A stretch of DNA of 64,000 bases from a virus. Below the pieces are notes generated by a model. The model was not told the DNA's origin and ran no database searches. It saw only the letters and a list, made by a program, of their open reading frames with translations. Position 1 is the first letter of the stretch. The number at the start of each line of letters is the position of its first letter. Below, one piece after another: positions 19,611 through 29,206 of this stretch. The stretch is from the IMG/VR virus record IMGVR_UViG_3300023174_000061. One strand, written 5' to 3'. The position numbers were made by a program, and so were the translations under genes.

Positions 19611-20612
19611 ATGAGTTTTGTTGATTCCAAATATATCGGGTTGGTTTCTTCCCGACTGGATAAGTTTGCTAAGAAAAAAGAAGGTCTTTATAACTTTCGA
19701 TGTCCTTACTGCGGTGATAGTCAAAGGACAAAGAGTAAAACGAGAGGGTATATTTACCAATTAAAGAATGATCACAATTTCAAATGTCATAATTGTGGGA
19801 CTTCTAGAACATTTACAAACTTTCTAAAAGATATGGATGCTGTTCTTTACGATCAGTATGTAATGGAAAGATATAAAGAAGGAACAACTGGAAGAGGATC
19901 ACAAACAAAGACACCTGAATTTAATTTTGAGAAACCAAACTTTTCAAAAAAAGCATTTGACCTCCCTACCATCGCAGAACTAAATAAAGAACACTCCGCA
20001 AGAAAATACCTAGAGGATAGAAAAATACCCAACAACTATCTGCGTGAATTGTATTTTTGTGAGAAGTTTAAAGAATGGACGAATACTCAAAAACATACCT
20101 TTGATAAAGTAGAAAAGGACGAACCACGAATTATTATTCCTTTAATTAACAAAGGAGAAATATTTGGATTTCAAGGTCGCAGTTTAAATAAAAACTCAAA
20201 GGTAAAATACATCACAATTATTCTTGATGATAAACATCCAAAAATTTATAATTTAGATAAACCGGATTATGACAAAATTGTTTATGTTGTTGAAGGACCA
20301 ATTGATAGTATGTTTTTAGATAATTCAATTGCTATGGTTGGTGCAGACATTGACAAAATGTTTTTTGTTTCTAATTTTGCAACAGAATTTGTGATGGTAT
20401 ATGATAATGAAAAACGAAATAAACAAATTGTTGATAGAATGGAAAAAGCAATACAAATGCGATTTCCAATCGTCATTTGGCCAAATGACTTGAAAGAAAA
20501 GGATATTAATGATATGATCCTTTCAGGAATTGATGCCTCAAAAATCATCAAGGAAAATACTTATATGGGATTAGAAGCAAAAGCAAAACTTATTGGATGG
20601 AAACGAGTATGA
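19611..20612 (+). CDS. gp61: DNA primase
   Basis: NFRCPYCGDS...CHNCG zinc finger; VEGPIDS and DxxD TOPRIM motifs. Confidence 0.96.
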   Translation: MSFVDSKYIGLVSSRLDKFAKKKEGLYNFRCPYCGDSQRTKSKTRGYIYQLKNDHNFKCHNCGTSRTFTNFLKDMDAVLYDQYVMERYKEGTTGRGSQTKTPEFNFEKPNFSKKAFDLPTIAELNKEHSARKYLEDRKIPNNYLRELYFCEKFKEWTNTQKHTFDKVEKDEPRIIIPLINKGEIFGFQGRSLNKNSKVKYITIILDDKHPKIYNLDKPDYDKIVYVVEGPIDSMFLDNSIAMVGADIDKMFFVSNFATEFVMVYDNEKRNKQIVDRMEKAIQMRFPIVIWPNDLKEKDINDMILSGIDASKIIKENTYMGLEAKAKLIGWKRV

Positions 20613-22906
20613 GCAACGGTACAAAGGTAATTAAGAGAAGTGGTGATAATGAACCTCTTGATCTAAATAAACTTCACTTGATGGTTGAGGAGGCATGTAG
20701 AGACCTCTCTGGTGTTTCTGCATCACAGGTAGAGATGCAATCTGGTATTCAATTTTATGATGGAATTACCACAGCAGAAATTCAGGAGATTTTAATTCGT
20801 TCTGCTTCTGATTTGATTGATTTGGAAAATCCAAATTATCAATTTGTTGCAGCAAGACTACTTTTGTTTTCTGTGAGAAAATCTTTGTATGGAAGAGTTC
20901 AAGATCATCCTGCTTTTATAGATCACATTAAGAATTGTGTTGATGTTGGAGTGTACGATCCAGAAATTTTAACTAATTATACGAAAGAAGAACTTGATAG
21001 ACTTGGTAGTTATATCAAGCATAGTAGAGATTATCTGTTTACCTATGCTGGTCTTCGTCAAGTAGTTGATAAGTATTTGGTTCAAGACCGCAGTAGTGGA
21101 CAAGTATATGAAACTCCTCAGTTCATGTATATGATGATTGCTGCTACTATCTTTGCTAGATATCCAAAAGAAACACGTCTTTCATATGTAAAGAGGTATT
21201 ATGACGCAATTTCAAAACACAAAATCAACATTCCAACTCCCATCATGGCAGGAGTTAGAACACCTCTCAGGCAATTTGCTAGTTGTGTTCTTGTTGATGT
21301 TGATGACACCCTCGATAGCATCTTCAGTAGTGATATGGCTATTGGGAGGTATGTTGCTCAAAGGGCAGGCATCGGTATCAACGCAGGTCGCATCCGTGGA
21401 ATCAATGCTAAAATCAGAGGTGGAGAGGTACAGCACACAGGTGTGGTCCCCTTCCTTAAAAAGTTTGAGGCAACTGTGCGATGCTGCACACAAAACGGTA
21501 TTAGAGGTGGTTCTGCTACAGTCCACTTTCCTATCTGGCATCAAGAAATAAGTGATATTTTAGTCCTAAAGAATAATAAAGGAACCGAAGATAATCGTGT
21601 TCGTAAATTGGACTATAGCATCCAAATCTCTAAACTATTCTATGAAAGATTTATTAGAAACGAAGAAATCTCCCTATTCTCTCCACATGATGTTGCTGGT
21701 CTGTATGATGCTTTTGGCACTGATAGATTTGACGACCTTTATGTGGATGCAGAACGAAATGCATCTATTCCAAGAAAAACTATTGGGGGTCAAGAACTCT
21801 TTCTGGCACTTCTAAAAGAAAGAGCAGAAACTGGTCGTATTTACATTATGAATATTGATCACTGTAACTCACACTCTTCTTTCTTGGATAAGGTTGAAAT
21901 GAGTAATCTTTGTCAAGAGATCACACTTCCCACAATTCCACTTCAGCATATTGATGACCCTAATGGAGAGATTGCACTTTGTATTCTTTCTGCTATTAAT
22001 GTTGGTAAAGTAAAAGATGATGAAGATTTTGAGGATCTTTGTAATCTTTCTGTTCGTGGTTTAGAAGAATTGATTGATTATCAAAACTATCCTGTAGTTG
22101 CTGCAGAGATTGGAACTAAAGCACGTAGATCTTTGGGTATTGGTTATATTGGTTTAGCACATTATCTTGCTAAACTTGGATTTGGGTATGATACTCAAGA
22201 TGCTTGGGATGCAGTCCATCAATTGTCTGAATCATTCCAATATTTCCTTCTTAAAGCATCAAATGAAGTTGCTAAAGAAAAGGGTGCTTGTGAATATTTC
22301 AATCGCACCAAGTATTCTCAAGGTATTCTTCCAATTGATACTTACAAGAAAGATGTAGATGAAGTATCTTCCGTTCCACTTCAGCACGATTGGGAAGCAT
22401 TAAGACAATCAATTAAAGAGTTTGGTATTAGGCATTCTACTCTTACTGCTCAAATGCCATCAGAATCAAGTTCAGTAGTTTCAAATGCAACAAATGGAAT
22501 CGAACCTCCTCGTGGATTCTTATCAATTAAGAAATCTAAAAAAGGTCCTCTTAAGCAGATTGTTCCACAGTATCAACATCTTAAAAACAATTATACGTTG
22601 CTTTGGGATATGCCTAGCAATCGTGGGTATATTAATATTGTTGCAGTTATGCAGAAGTTCTTTGATCAAGCAATTTCTGGAAACTGGTCGTATAATCCAG
22701 AGAATTATGCCAATAATGAAGTTCCTGTTAGCGTAATGGCACAAGACCTTTTAACTACATATAAGTATGGTTGGAAGACTTCTTATTATCAGAATACATA
22801 TGATAATAAGACGGATGAAGTTAAGGAGGATAAAGCAAGTATTGACGATTTAGTTAAAGAACTTTTAGAAGGAGGAGAAGAAGATTGTGAATCCTGTAAA
22901 ATTTAG
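20609..22906 (+). CDS. nrdA: Class Ia ribonucleotide reductase alpha subunit
   Basis: ATP cone, PTPIMAG, SNLCQEI, C-terminal CESC; no intron or intein. Confidence 0.98.
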   Translation: MSNGTKVIKRSGDNEPLDLNKLHLMVEEACRDLSGVSASQVEMQSGIQFYDGITTAEIQEILIRSASDLIDLENPNYQFVAARLLLFSVRKSLYGRVQDHPAFIDHIKNCVDVGVYDPEILTNYTKEELDRLGSYIKHSRDYLFTYAGLRQVVDKYLVQDRSSGQVYETPQFMYMMIAATIFARYPKETRLSYVKRYYDAISKHKINIPTPIMAGVRTPLRQFASCVLVDVDDTLDSIFSSDMAIGRYVAQRAGIGINAGRIRGINAKIRGGEVQHTGVVPFLKKFEATVRCCTQNGIRGGSATVHFPIWHQEISDILVLKNNKGTEDNRVRKLDYSIQISKLFYERFIRNEEISLFSPHDVAGLYDAFGTDRFDDLYVDAERNASIPRKTIGGQELFLALLKERAETGRIYIMNIDHCNSHSSFLDKVEMSNLCQEITLPTIPLQHIDDPNGEIALCILSAINVGKVKDDEDFEDLCNLSVRGLEELIDYQNYPVVAAEIGTKARRSLGIGYIGLAHYLAKLGFGYDTQDAWDAVHQLSESFQYFLLKASNEVAKEKGACEYFNRTKYSQGILPIDTYKKDVDEVSSVPLQHDWEALRQSIKEFGIRHSTLTAQMPSESSSVVSNATNGIEPPRGFLSIKKSKKGPLKQIVPQYQHLKNNYTLLWDMPSNRGYINIVAVMQKFFDQAISGNWSYNPENYANNEVPVSVMAQDLLTTYKYGWKTSYYQNTYDNKTDEVKEDKASIDDLVKELLEGGEEDCESCKI

Positions 22907-24071
22907 AGTTACTGCAGAGAAAGAAAAAATGATTGAAGGAATAACTGTATTTAATACTCAAGATGTAGATGCCAAAAAGCAACCTATGTTTTTTGGTGCT
23001 CCTCTTGGAGTTCAAAGATATGATTCTTATAAGTATCCTGTCTTTGATAAATTGACTCAACAACAGTTGGGATATTTCTGGAGACCAGAAGAAGTTTCTT
23101 TACAGAAAGATCGTGGAGATTACCAATCTCTTCGTCCAGAACAAAAGCACATCTTCACTTCTAATTTGAAGTATCAAATTCTTTTGGACTCAGTTCAGGG
23201 TCGTGGTCCTGGAATGGCTTTTACTCCTTATTGCTCTCTTCCAGAATTGGAAGCGTGTATGAAGGTTTGGGAATTTATGGAGATGATCCATAGTCGTTCC
23301 TATACATATATTATTAAGAATGTTTACTCTGATCCAACGGAAGTTTTTGATTCCATTTTGAGTGATGAAAGAATTCTAGAAAGAGCATCATCAGTAACTG
23401 GTGCTTATGATGACTTTATTAATTCCGCACAACATTATGGGAACTCTAATCTTTGGATTCACGCACAAGAGGGTGCTGGAAGTGCAAAAGAAGAAAGATA
23501 TGAACTCAAAAGAAAACTTTATCGTGCTATAGCAAATGTCAATATTCTCGAAGGTATCAGGTTTTACGTCTCGTTCTCTTGCAGCTTTGCATTTGGTGAA
23601 CTCAAACTTATGGAAGGATCCGCTAAAATTATCTCTCTCATCGCAAGAGACGAAAATCAGCACCTTGTTATTACTCAAAACATCCTCAATAAGTGGCGTG
23701 AAGGAGATGATCCAGAAATGCAACAAATTGCTAAAGAAGAAGAGGAATGGGTAAAGGGTGCCTTTGAGAATTGTGTAAATGAGGAAAAGAGGTGGGCAGA
23801 ATATTTGTTTAAAGATGGTTCAATGATTGGATTGAACGACAAACTTCTTTGGAGTTATGTTGAGTGGATTGCTAATCGTCGCATGAGGTCTATTGGTATT
23901 AAACCAATCTATGATGTTGCTGCGAAAAACAATCCACTTCCTTGGACGGAGCATTGGATTAGTTCCAAAGGACTTCAAGTAGCACCACAAGAAACGGAAG
24001 TTGAAAGTTATGTAGTTGGTGGTATTAAACAAGACGTAGAAAAAGATACTTTTGCTGGATTTCAACTATGA
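22887..24071 (+). CDS. nrdB: Ribonucleotide reductase beta subunit
   Basis: FWRPEEV, EMIHSRSY, LEGIRFY, DENQH, APQETEVESY. Confidence 0.97.
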   Translation: MNPVKFRVTAEKEKMIEGITVFNTQDVDAKKQPMFFGAPLGVQRYDSYKYPVFDKLTQQQLGYFWRPEEVSLQKDRGDYQSLRPEQKHIFTSNLKYQILLDSVQGRGPGMAFTPYCSLPELEACMKVWEFMEMIHSRSYTYIIKNVYSDPTEVFDSILSDERILERASSVTGAYDDFINSAQHYGNSNLWIHAQEGAGSAKEERYELKRKLYRAIANVNILEGIRFYVSFSCSFAFGELKLMEGSAKIISLIARDENQHLVITQNILNKWREGDDPEMQQIAKEEEEWVKGAFENCVNEEKRWAEYLFKDGSMIGLNDKLLWSYVEWIANRRMRSIGIKPIYDVAAKNNPLPWTEHWISSKGLQVAPQETEVESYVVGGIKQDVEKDTFAGFQL

Positions 24072-24128
24072 TGTGAGGGGTTTCGACCCCTCTTTTTTTA
24101 TAAATAAAAAAAAGTATTGTTTATTCAT

Positions 24129-25538
24129 ATGTCTGGAATTTCTAAGTTCAAACGAATTTACAGTGAAGGTGTTGCAGCAGAGCATCCAGATATTGCAGGG
24201 CAGAAAGAATTTGCGAATAAGGCAGATGAAATTTTAGCAAGAAGAAAAAAAGATAGAGCACAAAGTGGAAAAAATGCTAAACTAGATGCTATTGGAAGAA
24301 AGTTATATAATATGAATAAAATTGGAGAAGAAACTGAACTTGGTGAAGCACATTGGGACCCAGCAACCAAAACAATTAGTGATAAGAAAAGAACTGGAAC
24401 TGACCCAGAAATTCAAAAAATGGCTGCAAAAGCAGCAGCATCTGGACCAAAGAAAAGAAAACCACTTGGTTCAGTTCGTAAGAATAGTGCAGACTTTAAA
24501 CCTTCCTCACCAGAGCAAGCAAAGTCAGATATGAAGAGTTGGGATAGATATTGGGAAGGTTCTTGGAAGAATAAGAAAATGAATGAAAAGATTGATGTAG
24601 GTGCTGATGCTGGTGCGACAATCAGTGATTTCGTACATTCAAAAAGCAAAACTTTTAAGGGTGATAGTAAGAAGCAAAGAATTAAGAGAGCACTTGGTGC
24701 TTATTATGGAGCACAAAAAGAAGAAACAGAAAACATTTATGATTATGTAATTGAAGCATTAGTTGATGCTGATTTCGCACAAGATTATGAGACTGCTGAA
24801 AATATGTTTGAGTGTATGAGTGATGAATTTGTAGCAGTTATTTTTGAAGAATATATTGAAGAGAAGGCAAGAGGAACTAGACCAAAAAGAACAGTTCACG
24901 CATATGATGTGGATGAGACTTTATTCGGTCACGGCAAGAAAGGAAAACCAAACGTTCAGGTTCACGTAAAAGACGCATCTGGAAAAAGAGTTCAAAGTTT
25001 AAGCAATCAAGAGTTTAATACTCATAAACTTGATAAAGCTAAGGGACATTCTTATGATTTTAGTGAGTTTCAAAGTGCTAAAAAGTTTAAGGAAACTTCA
25101 AGTCCAAATAAAAAAGTAATCAAAGACGTTAAAAGAAAACAAGCAAGAGGACAAAACGTTCATATAATTACTGCTCGTTCAAAGTTTGATAAACCAAGTG
25201 AATTCCAAGGACATTTGAAGAAGCACGGTATTGATGTTCCTATGAATAAAATTCATTATACTGGTGGAATGAAAGGTAGTGATATTGGAAAGAAAAAAGT
25301 AGATGTTGCAAATGCAGTTGCAAAGCAGAGTGGTGCTAAAACAACTCATATGTATGATGATGCTGCAAAAGTTCATAAGGCATTTGAGAAAGAGAAAAAG
25401 AACAAACCAACTTCGGCAAAAATCAAAACTCATATGGTTGCACCAGACAAAAAGGGAGAAACTAAAGTTCGTTCTTATCAAGCAACAAAAAATGAAGAGA
25501 TGACTTCCTATGACTACTGGAAGCAATTTGTAGATTGA
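24129..25538 (+). CDS. Late modular protein with C-terminal HAD-family phosphatase domain
   Basis: TATAAATA at 24099; YDVDETLF, IITAR, K, YDD HAD motifs after an acidic helical module. Confidence 0.7.
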   Translation: MSGISKFKRIYSEGVAAEHPDIAGQKEFANKADEILARRKKDRAQSGKNAKLDAIGRKLYNMNKIGEETELGEAHWDPATKTISDKKRTGTDPEIQKMAAKAAASGPKKRKPLGSVRKNSADFKPSSPEQAKSDMKSWDRYWEGSWKNKKMNEKIDVGADAGATISDFVHSKSKTFKGDSKKQRIKRALGAYYGAQKEETENIYDYVIEALVDADFAQDYETAENMFECMSDEFVAVIFEEYIEEKARGTRPKRTVHAYDVDETLFGHGKKGKPNVQVHVKDASGKRVQSLSNQEFNTHKLDKAKGHSYDFSEFQSAKKFKETSSPNKKVIKDVKRKQARGQNVHIITARSKFDKPSEFQGHLKKHGIDVPMNKIHYTGGMKGSDIGKKKVDVANAVAKQSGAKTTHMYDDAAKVHKAFEKEKKNKPTSAKIKTHMVAPDKKGETKVRSYQATKNEEMTSYDYWKQFVD

Positions 25539-25550
25539 TGGAGTAGGAAG

Positions 25551-25664
25551 ATGAATGAGGAGTTTCAAAAACCTCATAAAAAGAAAACTTTTTCTCAACA
25601 AGAGAAACTTTTGAAACTCCAAAAACTATTGAAAAAACTAGAAGACAAGAAGAAAAAAGAATAA
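25551..25664 (+). CDS. Small basic peptide (37 aa)
   Basis: AGGA RBS; MNEEFQKPHKKKTFSQQEKLLKLQKLLKKLEDKKKKE. Confidence 0.4.
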   Translation: MNEEFQKPHKKKTFSQQEKLLKLQKLLKKLEDKKKKE

Positions 25665-25702
25665 ATAAGTATATAAAAGTACTTTTTACTGCTCCCAAGA
25701 AG

Positions 25703-27565
25703 ATGAATAAAAAAGATTTGGATGCTTTGAACGAGTTATATTCGAGTGTTTATAGTGGAGAGCAGTTAGATGAGGCTCCTGCACCTTGGGAAACAGAGGG
25801 GTTTCGGAAAAGTAATGCGGGAAAATTTGTTTCAAAAGTTTCAAATGCTGCCAGATCATTTGGAAATTATCTTGCTCCACCTGCTTCTGCATCTGCTAAT
25901 CCAAGTGTGAGAGCTGCGGCAGCAAGAGAAACTTCCGCAACAACACCTGCCAAGAAGATGGGATCTGAAGTTCCAAAAAGAATTTCACAGGCTCCAAGAC
26001 CCACAGCACTTCCACAAGCATCTACACCATCTACTGCACCAAGACCAGCAGCATCTTCAACTGTTCTTGCAAAACAAAAAGGAGTTGAAGGTAAGTTAGA
26101 TAAAGCAACTGGTAAGTTTACTGCTGGTGCGTTTAGTGGTGCAGAGAAGTCCCGTTATTCAAGTGTTGCTGTAAAAAATGCTGGAACACAATCTACAACT
26201 AATGATAAAGAAGCAAATATGGCAACGTGGGCAAAGGCAAATAAAAATATGATACAAAATGTTGGTACGTCATCCCAAAAAGCAATTCTTGCAAAATCAG
26301 AACCTTTAAAATCATTTACTACAAAACCACCTACTCCTGGTTCTGGTGCTCTTGCAAACGCAGTTACAACAGCAACAGCAAAACCACTTGATACTAATTT
26401 TAAATCTATAAATAATACAAAGCCCAAACCAACGACAATGACACAATCTTACGAATGGTCTTCTGCTAAAACTTTGAGAGATATTGCAGGTGCTTATAAT
26501 GAAATCTACGAAGCAAAGAAAAAAGTAGACCAAGATGAAGATGGTGATAATGACTTTGCGGATGTAAGAGTTGCAAGAATGATTGCTTCTGGTGTTCCCA
26601 AAGCAAAAGCAATTGCTATGGTGAAGAACAAATCTTATAATGAAGAAGTTGAACTTTGGGTAAATGAACTTTTAGAAGAAGGTTATGACCTAAGTGAATA
26701 TACTTGGGAAGATATGTTTGAGATTTATGAAGAAATTGAATATATTGAAGAAAGAGACGAAGGAAAACCAGGTTTGATGTTTAAGAAGATTGCTGCAAAA
26801 GCAGCAAAGAAATATGGTTCAAAAGAAGCAGGGAATAGAGTTGCTGGAGCAATTCGTAAGAAAGTTCTTGCGAATGAAGCAACTGCGATGACTAAGAGAG
26901 GTTATGATGAGACCGAAATTCGTAATAAGATTGCAAAATCAACAGGTGGTGGAAAATTTGCCGATAAAGCAACTGAATTAGAAAATAGACCAACTTTTGG
27001 AGATAAGTCAAAGCAAGCATCAAGAGAAAAACTTGCAAGAACGCAGAGAGGTGATTTCCGCAGAACAAATTCTTCTGATTATGGTCTTCGTTTGGGTGCT
27101 CATAAGTCCAATGATCCTGCCGTAAAAGCAAAGCAGGCAGCAAGAGGAAAGCAAAGAAGTCCTTTGACCCCTAAAGAGAAAAAGCAACTCAATAGAGAGG
27201 CATATGAAGCATACGAGTTTGTATCATCATATCTTCTTGAAAACAACTTCGCAACAACAGTTGATGACGCAAATGTAATTATCAACAATATGAGTGAGGG
27301 TTGGTTTGAAAGTATTATGGAAGAAAAGAAACCTCTTCCTATTGCTAAAATGAAAAGAAAAGAAACAAAATTTCTTGGTAGTGATGAAGAACACCTTGCA
27401 GCATTGAAGACACCTATGGGTTCTCCTGAAAGAAAAAAAGCAATGAAAAACCTTGAAAAATTTGATAATATCAATACAGCAAGAACAAGTATTTCAAAAA
27501 GAGGTGGAAAAGAACCACATCCAATGCCAGAAGTAGGTAGATATAAACCAAAATACGAAGATTGA
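25703..27565 (+). CDS. Late modular protein, probable internal head polyprotein
   Basis: AATAAATA upstream; alternating basic domains and acidic LLEEGYDLSEY / YLLENNFA...NMSEGW modules. Confidence 0.65.
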   Translation: MNKKDLDALNELYSSVYSGEQLDEAPAPWETEGFRKSNAGKFVSKVSNAARSFGNYLAPPASASANPSVRAAAARETSATTPAKKMGSEVPKRISQAPRPTALPQASTPSTAPRPAASSTVLAKQKGVEGKLDKATGKFTAGAFSGAEKSRYSSVAVKNAGTQSTTNDKEANMATWAKANKNMIQNVGTSSQKAILAKSEPLKSFTTKPPTPGSGALANAVTTATAKPLDTNFKSINNTKPKPTTMTQSYEWSSAKTLRDIAGAYNEIYEAKKKVDQDEDGDNDFADVRVARMIASGVPKAKAIAMVKNKSYNEEVELWVNELLEEGYDLSEYTWEDMFEIYEEIEYIEERDEGKPGLMFKKIAAKAAKKYGSKEAGNRVAGAIRKKVLANEATAMTKRGYDETEIRNKIAKSTGGGKFADKATELENRPTFGDKSKQASREKLARTQRGDFRRTNSSDYGLRLGAHKSNDPAVKAKQAARGKQRSPLTPKEKKQLNREAYEAYEFVSSYLLENNFATTVDDANVIINNMSEGWFESIMEEKKPLPIAKMKRKETKFLGSDEEHLAALKTPMGSPERKKAMKNLEKFDNINTARTSISKRGGKEPHPMPEVGRYKPKYED

Positions 27566-27593
27566 TATAATATTACAACCCATTAAGTACCCC

Positions 27594-27622
27594 TTGACAG
27601 GTGCTTTTTTTATGACTATAAT
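27594..27622 (+). promoter_or_regulatory. Sigma70-type early promoter
   Basis: TTGACA-17nt-TATAAT. Confidence 0.8.
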
Positions 27623-27685
27623 CACTCTGTTAGGGTTGAAGATAAGTTATACTTATAAATAACTTGAATATTATTAGGGACCCGA

Positions 27686-28132
27686 ATGAGTTATGAAAAC
27701 CCTTGGTTATATCAAGGAAAAGTTTTTGAGACAGAAGATATTCAAGAGAATTTTGGATTTGTTTATTTGATAAGTTGTGAAGAAACTCAAAGAAAATATT
27801 TGGGAAGAAAATACTTTTGGTCTTTTAGAACACCAAAAGGAAAGAAAAGAAAAGTAAAACAAGAAAGTGATTGGAAAAATTATTATGGTTCTTGTCCTGA
27901 ATTAAAAGAAGACATAAAAAAACACGGAAAGGATAAGTTTCAAAGAACTATAGTGTCTCTTCATAAGACATTAGGCAAAACAAACTATGAAGAGACAAGG
28001 CAATTATTCTTAAATAACGTCCTGACGGAAGCACTTGACAGTGGAGTTCCTACGTATTATAATTCCAACATACTTTCAAGGTATTTTAGGAAGGATTACT
28101 TTAATGCGACTTCATATCAAGAAAATCTGTAA
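27686..28132 (+). CDS. GIY-YIG-superfamily nuclease-like protein conserved in T4-like phages
   Basis: GFVYLI...KYLGRK...YYGS...E...YYN. Confidence 0.7.
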   Translation: MSYENPWLYQGKVFETEDIQENFGFVYLISCEETQRKYLGRKYFWSFRTPKGKKRKVKQESDWKNYYGSCPELKEDIKKHGKDKFQRTIVSLHKTLGKTNYEETRQLFLNNVLTEALDSGVPTYYNSNILSRYFRKDYFNATSYQENL

Positions 28133-28298
28133 TGATACGATACAACAACATATTGATCGTATGCACGATTTGTGTGAAGAGGGTAGACCAAGAGATGCGG
28201 AATGTATCTATAGTGAAATCCGTGATTGGGTAATTCAAAAAGAAAATCTTGAAGTATTATCTCTCGATTATATCAGTGGAAACTTTTTAGATTTTTAA
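28104..28298 (+). CDS. Hypothetical protein (64 aa)
   Basis: ATG at 28104 overlapping the upstream gene. Confidence 0.5.
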   Translation: MRLHIKKICNDTIQQHIDRMHDLCEEGRPRDAECIYSEIRDWVIQKENLEVLSLDYISGNFLDF

Positions 28299-28392
28299 CC
28301 ATTTCTAAATACTGTGATATAATGTAAAAATCCATTTTTGGATTCCTATTATGAGTAGGTTTTAATATTATGAGAATTTGATTGTGAAAATT

Positions 28393-28457
28393 AGAGCCCA
28401 GGAAAGTGCCTCCCGAAAGGGTTGGTGTACCCCCTTTCTATTGGGATGTAGAATTCA
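28393..28457 (+). ncRNA. Candidate structured leader RNA
   Basis: GC-rich island in AT-rich spacer; nested CCCA/TGGG and GAAAG/CTTTC stems, CCC-GAAA-GGG tetraloop. Confidence 0.45.
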
Positions 28458-28467
28458 GTAAAACTTA

Positions 28468-29106
28468 ATGCAAAATTTCTTTACAGTAACCTTGCCCCTT
28501 TTGGCAGCGGTTACGACCAATACGGCAACATTGCCTGGTTTATTTCCTCCTCCCCCTGTCGGTGGTCCTCCACCGTTTTCTGTTATTAAGGAGTTTGAGA
28601 CCAAGACAACGACCAAAGAGGTTGTTCCCGAAAAGCCAAAAGAGAAAAGGTTAATTTGTAAAGGGTGTAATGAAAATGAAAATGTTGCCCTGAATTATTT
28701 TCAGGACATTGGAATTACAGATAAAAACGCCCTTGCTACTATCATGGGCAACATTAAACAGGAATCAACATTTCAGTCTAATGTTTGCGAAGGTGGTAGT
28801 AAAACCAGTTGGAGTAACTGCGGAGGTGGTTACGGACTAATTCAATTTACTTCTGCCTCTCGTTATTATGGATTGGGTGCATTTGCTAAAAAAATAGGAG
28901 GTAATCCTTCACATCTTCATACTCAACTTCGGTATATTTCTACTGAACCGCAGTGGAAAAATATTGAAAATGGAATGAAAGTTCCTGGTAAATCCATTAA
29001 TAGGTATATGAATTATGCATACAAATGGATTGGGTGGGGACACGCAGGTTCAAGAACTAATTATGCTTATGACTATGCTAAAAGATTAGTTCTTGCTAAT
29101 GCCTAA
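28468..29106 (+). CDS. Lysozyme-like peptidoglycan hydrolase (phage tail lysozyme type) with signal-like N-terminus
   Basis: ALATIMGNIKQES...GYGLIQFT...TQLRY. Confidence 0.75.
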   Translation: MQNFFTVTLPLLAAVTTNTATLPGLFPPPPVGGPPPFSVIKEFETKTTTKEVVPEKPKEKRLICKGCNENENVALNYFQDIGITDKNALATIMGNIKQESTFQSNVCEGGSKTSWSNCGGGYGLIQFTSASRYYGLGAFAKKIGGNPSHLHTQLRYISTEPQWKNIENGMKVPGKSINRYMNYAYKWIGWGHAGSRTNYAYDYAKRLVLANA

Positions 29107-29114
29107 ATAACTTT

Positions 29115-29170
29115 ACCTGACTTGTGTGGTAACTTTTCGGGTATGATTGGAGTGTTTCGGCACTCCTTTC
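29115..29170 (+). ncRNA. Candidate antisense sRNA A
   Basis: CTAAATA promoter; TACCTGA/TCGGGTA stem; GGAGTG/CACTCC-TTT terminator; 15 nt complementary to 29186-29200. Confidence 0.6.
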
Positions 29171-29206
29171 TTGTATAAATAGTAATACCACACAAGTTAG
29201 AGTAGT

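Noticed and set aside
7266-24071. Inteins or introns in gp43, gp41, gp61, nrdA, nrdB
   Set aside because: Lengths are normal and the motifs are continuous.
25559-25620. GGAGTTTCAAAA/TTTTGAAACTCC inverted repeat as a mobile element end or fourth sRNA cassette
   Set aside because: Single occurrence, with no flanking promoter-terminator layout or transposase; it may be an mRNA hairpin in a small ORF.
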